Part shown: positions 29,771-38,859 of the stretch, one piece after another
How the letters are laid out: each line of letters begins with the position of its first letter
How positions within the stretch are numbered: position 1 is the first letter of the stretch
Assembly: GCA_023416855.1 (NCBI GenBank)
Contig: JAEZGU010000316.1
Location: 83,270 to 147,269 of the forward strand
Direction: 5' to 3'
Length of the DNA: 64,000 nucleotides
DNA from: Bacillota bacterium
GTDB taxonomy: Bacteria > Bacillota > Clostridia > Tissierellales > Sedimentibacteraceae
The notes under the pieces: model-generated
The model's input: the letters and a program-made list of their open reading frames with translations, nothing else
What the model was told of the DNA's origin: nothing
Databases searched by the model: none
Translations under genes and position numbers: made by a program

Positions 29771-30651
29771 GATGCCATCTCCCCCATCCCTATTGCAGCT
29801 AAACATTGAGCATTTGTTTGTAATTCTGCTTGAGGTATATATTGTTTAAGATATTTATGCATCGCAATACTTCCTCCACCTATCAATGGTATATATTTTA
29901 TAGTATCTATATTCCAACGTAGCAATTGTTTTTTATATACTTCATTACAGCATTCATTTGCAATAGGAGAGATAATCGGTTCAATATCAATAATTTCTCC
30001 TTTATAATTCAGACCTTTGGTAAGGATACTATACATTTGTTCACTTTTTACGCTAATTCCTGTCTCAGTAGTAATTTTTTCAGCCATATTTGGATATACA
30101 CTAAGGACTCCAAGTTCTTCGGTATGAGTATCTATCAAATCATCATTTTCAAATAGAAGTGTATTTATTGTTCTACTTCCCCAGTCAATAAGCAAAACTT
30201 TTTCTTTATGAAATCGGAAATTGTTCATATCATTTGCATAGTAAGCACTTGAACCTTCAGGGATTACAGTTAATTTATCAATAGTAATTTTCTTAAGTTG
30301 ATTATTGAGCCTTATTTCTACTGTATTTTGTGGAAGTAAAACTTTCTTGAATTGCTCCACAGTCTTTTCGTTTTTCCATTGACTACATGGTAGACCACAT
30401 ATAATTTCATCGAAATGTGTTTCTTGTGCAGAGCTTTCGAGATAAAGAGAGTATAAGAAGTTTAATCTTGCGTTCCTATTAAGACTTTTGTTTATATTTA
30501 TATCTGATAAATTAGGTAACCCCATAGTATACTTAAGTCCATCAACTTCAAGTATATCATTATTGGGATAAAGTATATTAGAAATTCCTGAGTGAAAGCA
30601 TCTTTCGTTAGAGGTTTTAGTAAAAGAAGTTCCCAAATCAATTCCAAGCAT
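29767..30651 (-). CDS. parM: ParM/StbA-family actin-like ATPase
   Basis: GIDLGTSFTK, GLP, IPEG, LIDWGSRT, LIGGGS. Confidence 0.88.
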   Translation of the reverse strand: MLGIDLGTSFTKTSNERCFHSGISNILYPNNDILEVDGLKYTMGLPNLSDININKSLNRNARLNFLYSLYLESSAQETHFDEIICGLPCSQWKNEKTVEQFKKVLLPQNTVEIRLNNQLKKITIDKLTVIPEGSSAYYANDMNNFRFHKEKVLLIDWGSRTINTLLFENDDLIDTHTEELGVLSVYPNMAEKITTETGISVKSEQMYSILTKGLNYKGEIIDIEPIISPIANECCNEVYKKQLLRWNIDTIKYIPLIGGGSIAMHKYLKQYIPQAELQTNAQCLAAIGMGEMAS

Positions 30652-30754
30652 AAAAAATACCTCCTTTTTATGTATAAATCATAAATCGTAGGTATATTGA
30701 AGTATTTTTCTCAAAATGTACTTAGTTTTGTATGACTTTTGTGGGAATATATGT

Positions 30755-30928
30755 ATATTAACACATATAAATTATGCTGTCAACACATTTTAGTAAAATA
30801 ATTACGGTTGACAAGCTGTTATTTTTATTATATACTTATCATGACGGTTGGAATAAATTATAGCGATATAGTACATATTCACAATATAACTTTATACTAT
30901 TGACAAGATATTTCAATTGTATTATAAT
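30755..30928. promoter_or_regulatory. divergent promoter region with operator
   Basis: minus TTGACA at 30778-30783; plus TTGACA-17-TATACT from 30808 and TTGACA-17-TATAAT 30900-30928; AGTAAAATAATTACG at 30792-30806. Confidence 0.8.
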
Positions 30929-31155
30929 TAATTTGTAAGTAACTTGTTGGATAACCACTAACCGTACTTATGAATTAAATAGAAACATTACATATTAGTA
31001 ATATAATTTTCAAGTTTGGTGGTGATTAAAATTAAATTCATAAACAGTGTTTAGAAATTAAAATTATTATAGATACAAATTTATATTACTTTATCTATAA
31101 AATTTAGTGTTGGTATCAAAATGAATTAACTATAATACTCAAGAAAGGAGTAAAG

Positions 31156-31515
31156 ATGTTAAAATACAAAGATACATATTACATAATCAAAAGCAAAACA
31201 GAAAATAAAGATGATAACTATATACCCTGTCGTAAGTCAAAAGCTCAGATATATAGATACTCTTCTGACCTATTAGCAATTCAATTTAACTCTAACGGTA
31301 TAACAAACAACCGTATTAAAGAATTAACTGAACTAGGGGTGCAATTAACAATAATTCAGTGTGGCGATAATGAGCGTGTATATACTTTCTCAGAATTTGA
31401 TTTAAATAAGGTTGCTGATATTGTTAGTGCTAAGAAGAAAATTAAGCGTGAATTAACTGATGAGCAACGAGAGATAATGAGACAAAACTTTATAAACAAA
31501 GTGTTAAAATTGTAA
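31156..31515 (+). CDS. hypothetical phage protein
   Basis: AAGGAG SD; C-terminal KRELTDEQRE motif common in clostridial phages. Confidence 0.75.
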   Translation: MLKYKDTYYIIKSKTENKDDNYIPCRKSKAQIYRYSSDLLAIQFNSNGITNNRIKELTELGVQLTIIQCGDNERVYTFSEFDLNKVADIVSAKKKIKRELTDEQREIMRQNFINKVLKL

Positions 31516-31684
31516 TATAATTTTATTTATCTTTCAAAGGTAATAATGATAATATATAAATTTTAAACGGTTTATTTTTTTCTACCCTTGAAATTATATT
31601 CAAAGTTAATTTAAAACGATTTTAACGTCGATTTTTTATAAAAATAACCATAAAAATATATAAGAGAAACGGAGATAATACATA

Positions 31685-31990
31685 ATGTTAAAAATTGAAG
31701 GTTTATTAGAATTAAATGAAAACAATGAGTACATAGTTGATAGTGGAACAAATAAAAAACAAAATATAAGTGAAGCATTGTATCATAATTGGATGTATGA
31801 AGTACCTGCTATATATTCCATAGTAGTAGGTAATAAGACATATACTTCTGAAGAATGTGTATTACAGAAAAAGAAAAGTATTGGACTATTATATGATTAT
31901 CATGCTGAGAATAAGAATATAGAACAATTACTATTTAATGCTTGTGGAAAGAGAATTGAATTCATTATAACAACGGAGGCTGAATCATAA
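31685..31990 (+). CDS. hypothetical phage protein
   Basis: GGAG SD. Confidence 0.7.
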   Translation: MLKIEGLLELNENNEYIVDSGTNKKQNISEALYHNWMYEVPAIYSIVVGNKTYTSEECVLQKKKSIGLLYDYHAENKNIEQLLFNACGKRIEFIITTEAES

Positions 31991-31991
31991 T

Positions 31992-32207
31992 ATGATAACT
32001 TGTAGAGAATGCGGATTTTTAGGATTAAGTAATAATCAATTTAAGTGTAATAGAAATAAAGATATAGGTATAGTAGTGGACTTAGATATAAATAAGTTAG
32101 ATATACCATGTCATGCAGGAGAACCAGATACATATAAAGATAATATATGGAATAAAGGAGATAATTTTGGAATAGCAAGCTTTACTTGGATTGAATTAGA
32201 ATCATAA
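31992..32207 (+). CDS. small Cys-containing protein
   Basis: CREC..C..C; GGAGG SD. Confidence 0.6.
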   Translation: MITCRECGFLGLSNNQFKCNRNKDIGIVVDLDINKLDIPCHAGEPDTYKDNIWNKGDNFGIASFTWIELES

Positions 32208-32234
32208 TATAATTGTGAAAGGTCTATACATAAT

Positions 32235-32480
32235 ATGATAGCGAAGTTAAGAGATAATATAGGTTTGGATGAATTTATAAATATTTCATTTGGAACTAAA
32301 GGTGTTGAATGTATTGCGTATCGTGAATATTTCAGCACAGAAAATTTGAGAACACCCACCACAGCTAGATTTGAGGATAATACTTTATACGTAAAAGTAA
32401 TTGAAGCTGATGGTGAAACTATGGAATTGCCTTATGATAGCAGTGATAGTAAGGCTATTTGGGAGTTATATAGTAGATAG
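32235..32480 (+). CDS. hypothetical phage protein
   Basis: ORF in operon. Confidence 0.6.
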   Translation: MIAKLRDNIGLDEFINISFGTKGVECIAYREYFSTENLRTPTTARFEDNTLYVKVIEADGETMELPYDSSDSKAIWELYSR

Positions 32481-32576
32481 AAAGCATATTTTATTCAAAG
32501 TTTATATGGGAGCATGACTAGCTCTACTCCCCTATTATTAAAAAATTAAAATTAAATGCAAAAAGGAGATAATTTT

Positions 32577-33062
32577 ATGAAAGTAAGAGATTTATTAAAA
32601 AAGTTAGAAGGTAAGGAAAATTATGATTTAACAATTGATTATTATGAAATTGAATCAATAATTATTGACGAGGAAGAAGAAACTGTTGTTTTGTCCTATA
32701 ATGAAGATGATGAAGATAATAAAGAATTTTATGATGATTACTATGATGATGAACCAGAAATTGAAGAATATTTACAAGAATTTGATACTGATGATTTGAT
32801 TTTATTGGCAAAGAAATTAAATATAACGTGCGATTTTGATGATATGACTGACGAAGAATTAATTGATACAATATTGAAAATTGATAAAGATAAAATCAGT
32901 GACGTTTGTGAAGATTTATTTGATTATACTTATGATGATTTTAAAGATGATTATGAAATGAATAATGCTTGGAGACATAGTGATTATGAAAGCAAAGATA
33001 TAGATGATTGGGATGTAGATGACCATTTAGCTGCTTGGTATGACCATATGATGGAAAAATAA
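32577..33062 (+). CDS. extremely acidic protein
   Basis: over one-third D/E; AAGGAG SD before ATG 32577. Confidence 0.75.
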   Translation: MKVRDLLKKLEGKENYDLTIDYYEIESIIIDEEEETVVLSYNEDDEDNKEFYDDYYDDEPEIEEYLQEFDTDDLILLAKKLNITCDFDDMTDEELIDTILKIDKDKISDVCEDLFDYTYDDFKDDYEMNNAWRHSDYESKDIDDWDVDDHLAAWYDHMMEK

Positions 33063-33114
33063 ACAAATCATTTGACAAAGAAAAATGAGCTTTTAATAAA
33101 GGAGGTAATACATA

Positions 33115-35829
33115 TTGCATAAAACAGCACCGCAAAGATACATATATAAAATTAATTCAAGTAGATTAAGAAAGTCAAGATGGAATCTAAATATTTCAGT
33201 GAATGAAGCTTTATTGAATGATGAAATAGTTTCTATAGCTGAAAGTGAAACAATTAGATTTATTGATAAAGAAAATAATACAAGTTCAGAACATGTTTAT
33301 TCTATTGTAAAAGCTATCACCAAAGAAATTAAAGCTATCAAAAAAGAACCAACATCTACAGATAACAGAGATAAAATAAAGGAGTTGTATGCTAAAAAAA
33401 TTGATACTTTACTATGTAAGGACTATGTAGCTATAGTAATAGATTCTAATAAAGATTTTGATAGAATGAATGACGAAAAATCATTTTTTATTAATGGAAT
33501 AAAGTATAATTATCTTTTAGGCACATCTGGTGGAATAAAAAAGTACATAATTATATATGTAAGTGATAAGGTTTTTAGTATTGTACATAATAAAATAGAT
33601 AATGGTAGAGATTTAGAAAAAGAATTTGTACCTGCAAAACTTGAAGCTTATAAAGCATTGGCTTGTAGTCAAAGTGTACCTGTATCAATACCAAAAGGAA
33701 TATTGGTTGTAGACGATTGTATTACTAAATTTACTGACAATATAATATTAATCGATGATACTGGAGATAATGAACCTAATGTAGAAAGAATAAAGAATTA
33801 TCCTATAGAATTAAATGCCTCAGATGGATTTGGCATTTGCCTACCTTCGTTAAGTAAAAGATGGAGTGAAGAGTTAAAAGAAACTTATATACCTAGTGGA
33901 TTTTGCGTACGTAATGCGTTTTGCAAAGGTATGATATTTACATTTGATTTTATTTCTTTTGCTAAAAAAATAGCTAAAAATTATGAAGTAAAAGATATTT
34001 GGGGTAACGTAGTAGATATAAGAAATATAGAGTTAGTTCTTACAGCATCAATGCTAAAGCTATGGCAATCATATATAAATTTAGAAGATTACTTAGAAAA
34101 TTGTAATAAGAATGGTTATTCATTCGCTATAACTAAGTATACTCCTGAATTTTTAGAAAATGAAAGAGATTTAAATTATCAGTTTATACAATCATTGTAC
34201 CTTGATGATTATGGTATAGATAAATTAATTGAACCAACTGTAAAAGAAATTAAAGAAGTTTTAGGTGAAGATTATAGGAAAAGTATACTATTTCTTAAAG
34301 GTGTACATTTAGACGATATGAATTTTGAGAAAGATGAATGTGATTATATAAAAGCTTTAATGATTAATAAAGAAATGATTAAAGACCCATTTGTAAAGAA
34401 TAGAATTCATTTTATGATTAAAAAAAGGATAACTGAGGCAAAAATAGGTGTTTTAAAAACCAGAGCTAATTATTCAACAATTGCAGGTGACCCTTATTCC
34501 CTATGTCAAAGTTTTTTTGGACTTGAAGTTACTGGATTACTAAAAAAAGGAGAATTTTATAATAAACATTGGATTGATTTGAATGTTGATAAAGTTGCTT
34601 GTTTTAGAGCACCAATGACTTGTCATAATAATATTAGAATTTTAAATTTACAGAACAATAAAGAAGTTAATTATTGGTATCAATATATGAAAACAGTTAC
34701 AATATTAAATTCTTGGGATACTACAAGTCACGCCTTAAATGGGGCAGATTATGACGCAGATGCAGTATACTTAACGGATAATGAAGTTATTTTAAAGGCG
34801 ATTAGACCATCTGATGCAATTGTTTGTGTTCAAAAATCAGCAAAAAAATGCATCCCAACTAGAGAAGATTTTATTGAATCTAATAAAAATGGTTTTGGTG
34901 ACGATATAGGAACAATTACAAATCATATAACTTCTATGTTTGATGTACTTGCTAATTTTGAAGAAGGTTCAAAGGAATATAATGAAGTTCTAAAAAGAAT
35001 AATGTGTGGACAAAACTACCAACAAAATGCTATAGATAAAATTAAAGGTATTCAAAGTAAAGAAATGCCTAAATCGTGGTATGATTATTGGTCAAATAAA
35101 GGTGATGATTTCGGTAAAAAAATTGTTGCTAATAAAAACCCGTACTTTTTCATTTATAATTATAAATACAAAATGAACGATTATAAAAAATATATAGAGA
35201 AAGCTAATAGACATTGTAGATTTACATATGGTATAGATATTAATGACTTGGAAAACTTAGATAACAAATCAGAAGACCAAGAAAAATACTTATACTATTA
35301 TTATTTAAAGATGCCCGTTTCGTTAAGTCCCTCAGTAATGAATAAAATATGTTGGAAAATTGAAAGTGAATTTAATGGAGTAAAAATAAAATTTAATGAT
35401 ACAAAGTTTGATTATACGATTTTAAAGTCTGACAAAAAATATTCTAAGGGCAGGTACTCAGCAATATACAGTTTATACAAAGACTATTTACAAAAAGTGC
35501 AAAATCAGAAACAATTATTTAAAAAACAATCATCTGACGAAGAACAGTTAATGAGAAGTATATTTAAAGAATCATTTAAAGCCGAAGCATATAAGAAATG
35601 CAATGATGCCGAAGAATTGTGTAATATTGTTTTAGATATATGTTATAAAAATAATGACAACAAACAATTTGCATGGGATATTTGTGGTGATGTAATTATA
35701 AACAACTTATTAAAAAAGAGTGATTATAAAGTATATTATCCAGTTGAAGATGTAAATGGTGATATTGAATTTGTAGGTAAAAAGTTTAAAATGATTACGG
35801 AGGTAGTTAATGAAGATTATATTGAATGA
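33115..35829 (+). CDS. yonO: YonO-like single-subunit (two-barrel) DNA-dependent RNA polymerase
   Basis: SDGFG, VRNAFCKG, FRAP, LNGADYDAD, DIGTITN, QNAIDKIKG motifs; TTG start after AAGGAGG. Confidence 0.88.
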   Translation: MHKTAPQRYIYKINSSRLRKSRWNLNISVNEALLNDEIVSIAESETIRFIDKENNTSSEHVYSIVKAITKEIKAIKKEPTSTDNRDKIKELYAKKIDTLLCKDYVAIVIDSNKDFDRMNDEKSFFINGIKYNYLLGTSGGIKKYIIIYVSDKVFSIVHNKIDNGRDLEKEFVPAKLEAYKALACSQSVPVSIPKGILVVDDCITKFTDNIILIDDTGDNEPNVERIKNYPIELNASDGFGICLPSLSKRWSEELKETYIPSGFCVRNAFCKGMIFTFDFISFAKKIAKNYEVKDIWGNVVDIRNIELVLTASMLKLWQSYINLEDYLENCNKNGYSFAITKYTPEFLENERDLNYQFIQSLYLDDYGIDKLIEPTVKEIKEVLGEDYRKSILFLKGVHLDDMNFEKDECDYIKALMINKEMIKDPFVKNRIHFMIKKRITEAKIGVLKTRANYSTIAGDPYSLCQSFFGLEVTGLLKKGEFYNKHWIDLNVDKVACFRAPMTCHNNIRILNLQNNKEVNYWYQYMKTVTILNSWDTTSHALNGADYDADAVYLTDNEVILKAIRPSDAIVCVQKSAKKCIPTREDFIESNKNGFGDDIGTITNHITSMFDVLANFEEGSKEYNEVLKRIMCGQNYQQNAIDKIKGIQSKEMPKSWYDYWSNKGDDFGKKIVANKNPYFFIYNYKYKMNDYKKYIEKANRHCRFTYGIDINDLENLDNKSEDQEKYLYYYYLKMPVSLSPSVMNKICWKIESEFNGVKIKFNDTKFDYTILKSDKKYSKGRYSAIYSLYKDYLQKVQNQKQLFKKQSSDEEQLMRSIFKESFKAEAYKKCNDAEELCNIVLDICYKNNDNKQFAWDICGDVIINNLLKKSDYKVYYPVEDVNGDIEFVGKKFKMITEVVNEDYIE

Positions 35830-36592
35830 AAAACAAATACTTGATAAAGCTATAAATGAAAAGAAAATTTACGATAAACCAATGGTAACAATAAGATTAC
35901 TTATAAAGTATTATTTTAGTATAGGACAAAAGAAAAGGCAAGTTTATGATTCTGTAAATAGCTTTTTAAAGGAAAATATGCACCTATACGCTGAAGCAAA
36001 ATGGCAAAAAAACATAGATAAAGCAATTGTAGATATAAATAAAAGTAAAAAATTTGATATGTTTGTTGTAAATAAAGTAACAATCTTTAAAGATGAAATG
36101 GATAAAATCAAGACAATTGATAATTTCAGATTAGAAAAACTAGCTTTTACATTGTTGGTATATTCCAAAATATATAATCAAATGAATTGTAATAGTACTA
36201 ATTGGGTTAATGCTCCACTTAAAGATATTTTTAAAGATGCTAAAATAACTGTTAAAAAAGCAGACCAAGATATTATGATACACAAATTAAAAAATTTAGA
36301 ATTAGTACATATACCTAAAAAAGTTGATTGTATAAATATAAAGTTACTGTATGCTTATGATAATGGTGAAGTAGCCTTTGAAATTTCTGATTTTAGAGAT
36401 TTTGTATTAAATTATGATAGGTATTTTAATACAGATAAGTATGGATATTGTAAAAATTGTAATAAAATTATGAAAGTTAATAATAATAAACAAAAATATT
36501 GTGATGAATGTGCTAAAGAAATATGGTATCAAAATCATAAAGATGTTGCTAGAGAATCTTATCATAGACGTAAAAACAAAGATTTTGACTAA
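35810..36592 (+). CDS. conserved protein coupled to RNAP, C-terminal zinc ribbon
   Basis: overlaps RNAP stop; CKNC..KYCDECA. Confidence 0.8.
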   Translation: MKIILNEKQILDKAINEKKIYDKPMVTIRLLIKYYFSIGQKKRQVYDSVNSFLKENMHLYAEAKWQKNIDKAIVDINKSKKFDMFVVNKVTIFKDEMDKIKTIDNFRLEKLAFTLLVYSKIYNQMNCNSTNWVNAPLKDIFKDAKITVKKADQDIMIHKLKNLELVHIPKKVDCINIKLLYAYDNGEVAFEISDFRDFVLNYDRYFNTDKYGYCKNCNKIMKVNNNKQKYCDECAKEIWYQNHKDVARESYHRRKNKDFD

Positions 36593-36819
36593 ATAGAAAA
36601 CTCTGAAAACTAGCATGAATAGTGGATGGTAAGACATATAAATAAAATTTCTATTATGATATATTAATAATATAATTATATAACATGTCATGTAGTAATA
36701 CACACCTCTGCTCTTCCCTATTATTAATTATATCAAAAATTGAATTAGGCTAATAACCTTAACAAAGAAGTTTATGAAACTGTAATTTTAATCAAAAAAA
36801 AATTGAGTAGTAACTTTCT

Positions 36820-37080
36820 GTATCAGACTGTGAATCTCGCTAAATGACATATACAATGATAATCATTGTACAAATAAGTCTGTGAAGTTGCGACCTCTAG
36901 TATGTCCTAGAGCCACAGGCTTAAATGAATATGACTCTAACCTTGTGTTAGATTTACTGATATAATCTTTATTCATTTGATTTCTCCTGATGTAATTAAG
37001 GGTGAGATTTCGGTCTCCCCTGCCTAAACTAACCATGTAAAGAGCATGACAGTCCAAAGTCTGTAAATAGTGATGGGGTT
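36820..37080 (+). ncRNA. candidate structured non-coding RNA
   Basis: closing helix 36825-36840/37002-37016 with three nested multi-helix arms plus a small 3-way junction; GC-enriched intergenic DNA. Confidence 0.55.
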
Positions 37081-37117
37081 TATTTAATAATAATATAATT
37101 TGAATGGAGTGACACAG

Positions 37118-37294
37118 TTGAAACCTGTTTCAAAAGAACAATTTGACGAAATTTATCCAGAGCTTTTAAGAATTTATAACCATAGTAATAAAATGTATAA
37201 GCTTTGGGAAGGAACTGTAAGAAAACATTATTTAGTAGAAAATGTTGATGAAAAAATAAAACAATATTGGACTCAGGGTAGAGTTACTCCTTAA
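37118..37294 (+). CDS. small hypothetical protein
   Basis: GGAGTG SD before TTG 37118. Confidence 0.55.
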   Translation: MKPVSKEQFDEIYPELLRIYNHSNKMYKLWEGTVRKHYLVENVDEKIKQYWTQGRVTP

Positions 37295-37322
37295 AATAAA
37301 CCATAGAAAGGTTGATAGCCCT

Positions 37323-38756
37323 ATGGCTAAAAAGAAAAATTCAATAAAGATAAAATTTTGCGGAGGAAATAGTTCTGAGGTAACAGGGTCTATGATACAT
37401 ATAGTTGCTAAAGACAAAAACATATTATTAGATGCTGGACTTATTCAGACAAATAATCTAAAAGATGATTATCTATTTAATAGTAGAAAATTTGATTTTA
37501 GACTAAATGATATTGATTATATTTTTATTTCACACCTAAATGCAGACCATTGCCTTTTACTCCCTCGTTTATACAAAGAAGGATGTAAAGCAAGAATTAT
37601 AATTACAAAAGGTAGCACAGATTTCTTAAAAGAAATGATGAAGGACTCTGCTTATATAATGTCGAGAGATATAGTTGCTTTAAATAAAAAATCAAATATA
37701 AAATATAGGCCACTTTATGATGAGGATGATATTTATACTGTATTAGAATATGTTGAAGAATTTGATTTTATGACTTTATATGAATTAGATTCGGAAGTTT
37801 CGTTCCATCTATACCCAGCTAATCATATTCCTAAATCTGCTCAAATTGAATTGATTATTAAGCAAGATAACCACGTAAAAAAGATAGGTTATACTGGGGA
37901 CTTGGGAAATATAAAAATAAAAGATAAATATTTTATAGAAGATTTTAAACCTATTAAAAATGTTAATGTATTAATCGGAGAGTGTACATATTCACGAACT
38001 AATGTCAAAGTAGCAGATAAAAGACGGGATAAAGATATTGAAAAGATTATCACATGCATTAAAAAAACGTGTATACAGGATAATGATAAAATTTTAATAC
38101 CTACATTTGCATTAGACCGCACCCAAACAATGCTTACAGTTCTTTATGAAATATTTCAAAATAATAAAGAATTTAAAGATATTCCCATTTATGTCGACAG
38201 TCCATTAGCTACCACTATAACAAAATTATATGGAAAAGTTATGGAAGGTAGAGATAAAGAAATACTCGATAAAATATTTGCATGGGAAAATCTTAGATTT
38301 GTAAAAGATTTTGATGAAAGTCAAGCATTAATGACTAAAAAAGGAAAGGCTATAATATGTGCAAGTTCAGGAATGTGTGACAAAGGACGCTCAAATTTTT
38401 GGGTAAGGTCTATGGTATCAAATCCCAATTCTTGCATTCTTTTTGTTGGTTATGCAGCAAAAGGAACTTTAGCATCTGATATTAGAAATGAATCAAAATC
38501 AAAGTTTGTTAAAATTAACGGTAAAAACTATAAAAACAATTGCCAATTTGTAAATCTTCTCTCCTTCTCGGCACATATGCAACGTGAAGACTTACTTTGG
38601 TATTACTCAGAAGTACAGTGTGAAAAAATTGCACTCGTGCATTCTGAGATGAGTAGTAAGATAGTCTTTGCAAAGAATTTACAAGAAGAAATAAGTAGAA
38701 AAAATAAAACTAGTAAAGTTATTTGCATAAATAGTGGCTCAGTAATTAATTTGTAA
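37323..38756 (+). CDS. MBL-fold beta-CASP ribonuclease (Ysh1/CPSF-like)
   Basis: EVTGS, ILLDAG, SHLNADH, ANHI, YTGDLG, GECTY, IPTFALDRTQ, VDSPLA, SSGM, FVGY, FSAH, LVH. Confidence 0.9.
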   Translation: MAKKKNSIKIKFCGGNSSEVTGSMIHIVAKDKNILLDAGLIQTNNLKDDYLFNSRKFDFRLNDIDYIFISHLNADHCLLLPRLYKEGCKARIIITKGSTDFLKEMMKDSAYIMSRDIVALNKKSNIKYRPLYDEDDIYTVLEYVEEFDFMTLYELDSEVSFHLYPANHIPKSAQIELIIKQDNHVKKIGYTGDLGNIKIKDKYFIEDFKPIKNVNVLIGECTYSRTNVKVADKRRDKDIEKIITCIKKTCIQDNDKILIPTFALDRTQTMLTVLYEIFQNNKEFKDIPIYVDSPLATTITKLYGKVMEGRDKEILDKIFAWENLRFVKDFDESQALMTKKGKAIICASSGMCDKGRSNFWVRSMVSNPNSCILFVGYAAKGTLASDIRNESKSKFVKINGKNYKNNCQFVNLLSFSAHMQREDLLWYYSEVQCEKIALVHSEMSSKIVFAKNLQEEISRKNKTSKVICINSGSVINL

Positions 38757-38859
38757 AATAATTATCGCTCCTTTAGACTGTATTCTATATGGAGTTATGG
38801 ATAGTAGACTGTTTATCTACTATCTCTTTTTATATTTAAACTTAAAAGGAGATGGTAAA

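Noticed and set aside
22329..31150. Arbitrium (aimR-aimP-aimX) or CI/Cro switch
   Set aside because: No TPR-type receptor, secreted pro-peptide or peptidase-S24 repressor recognisable in this window
33115..35829. True RNA-dependent RNA polymerase
   Set aside because: YonO-like proteins resemble eukaryotic RdRPs in sequence, but SPbeta YonO is a DNA-dependent enzyme and the context here is a dsDNA phage late region
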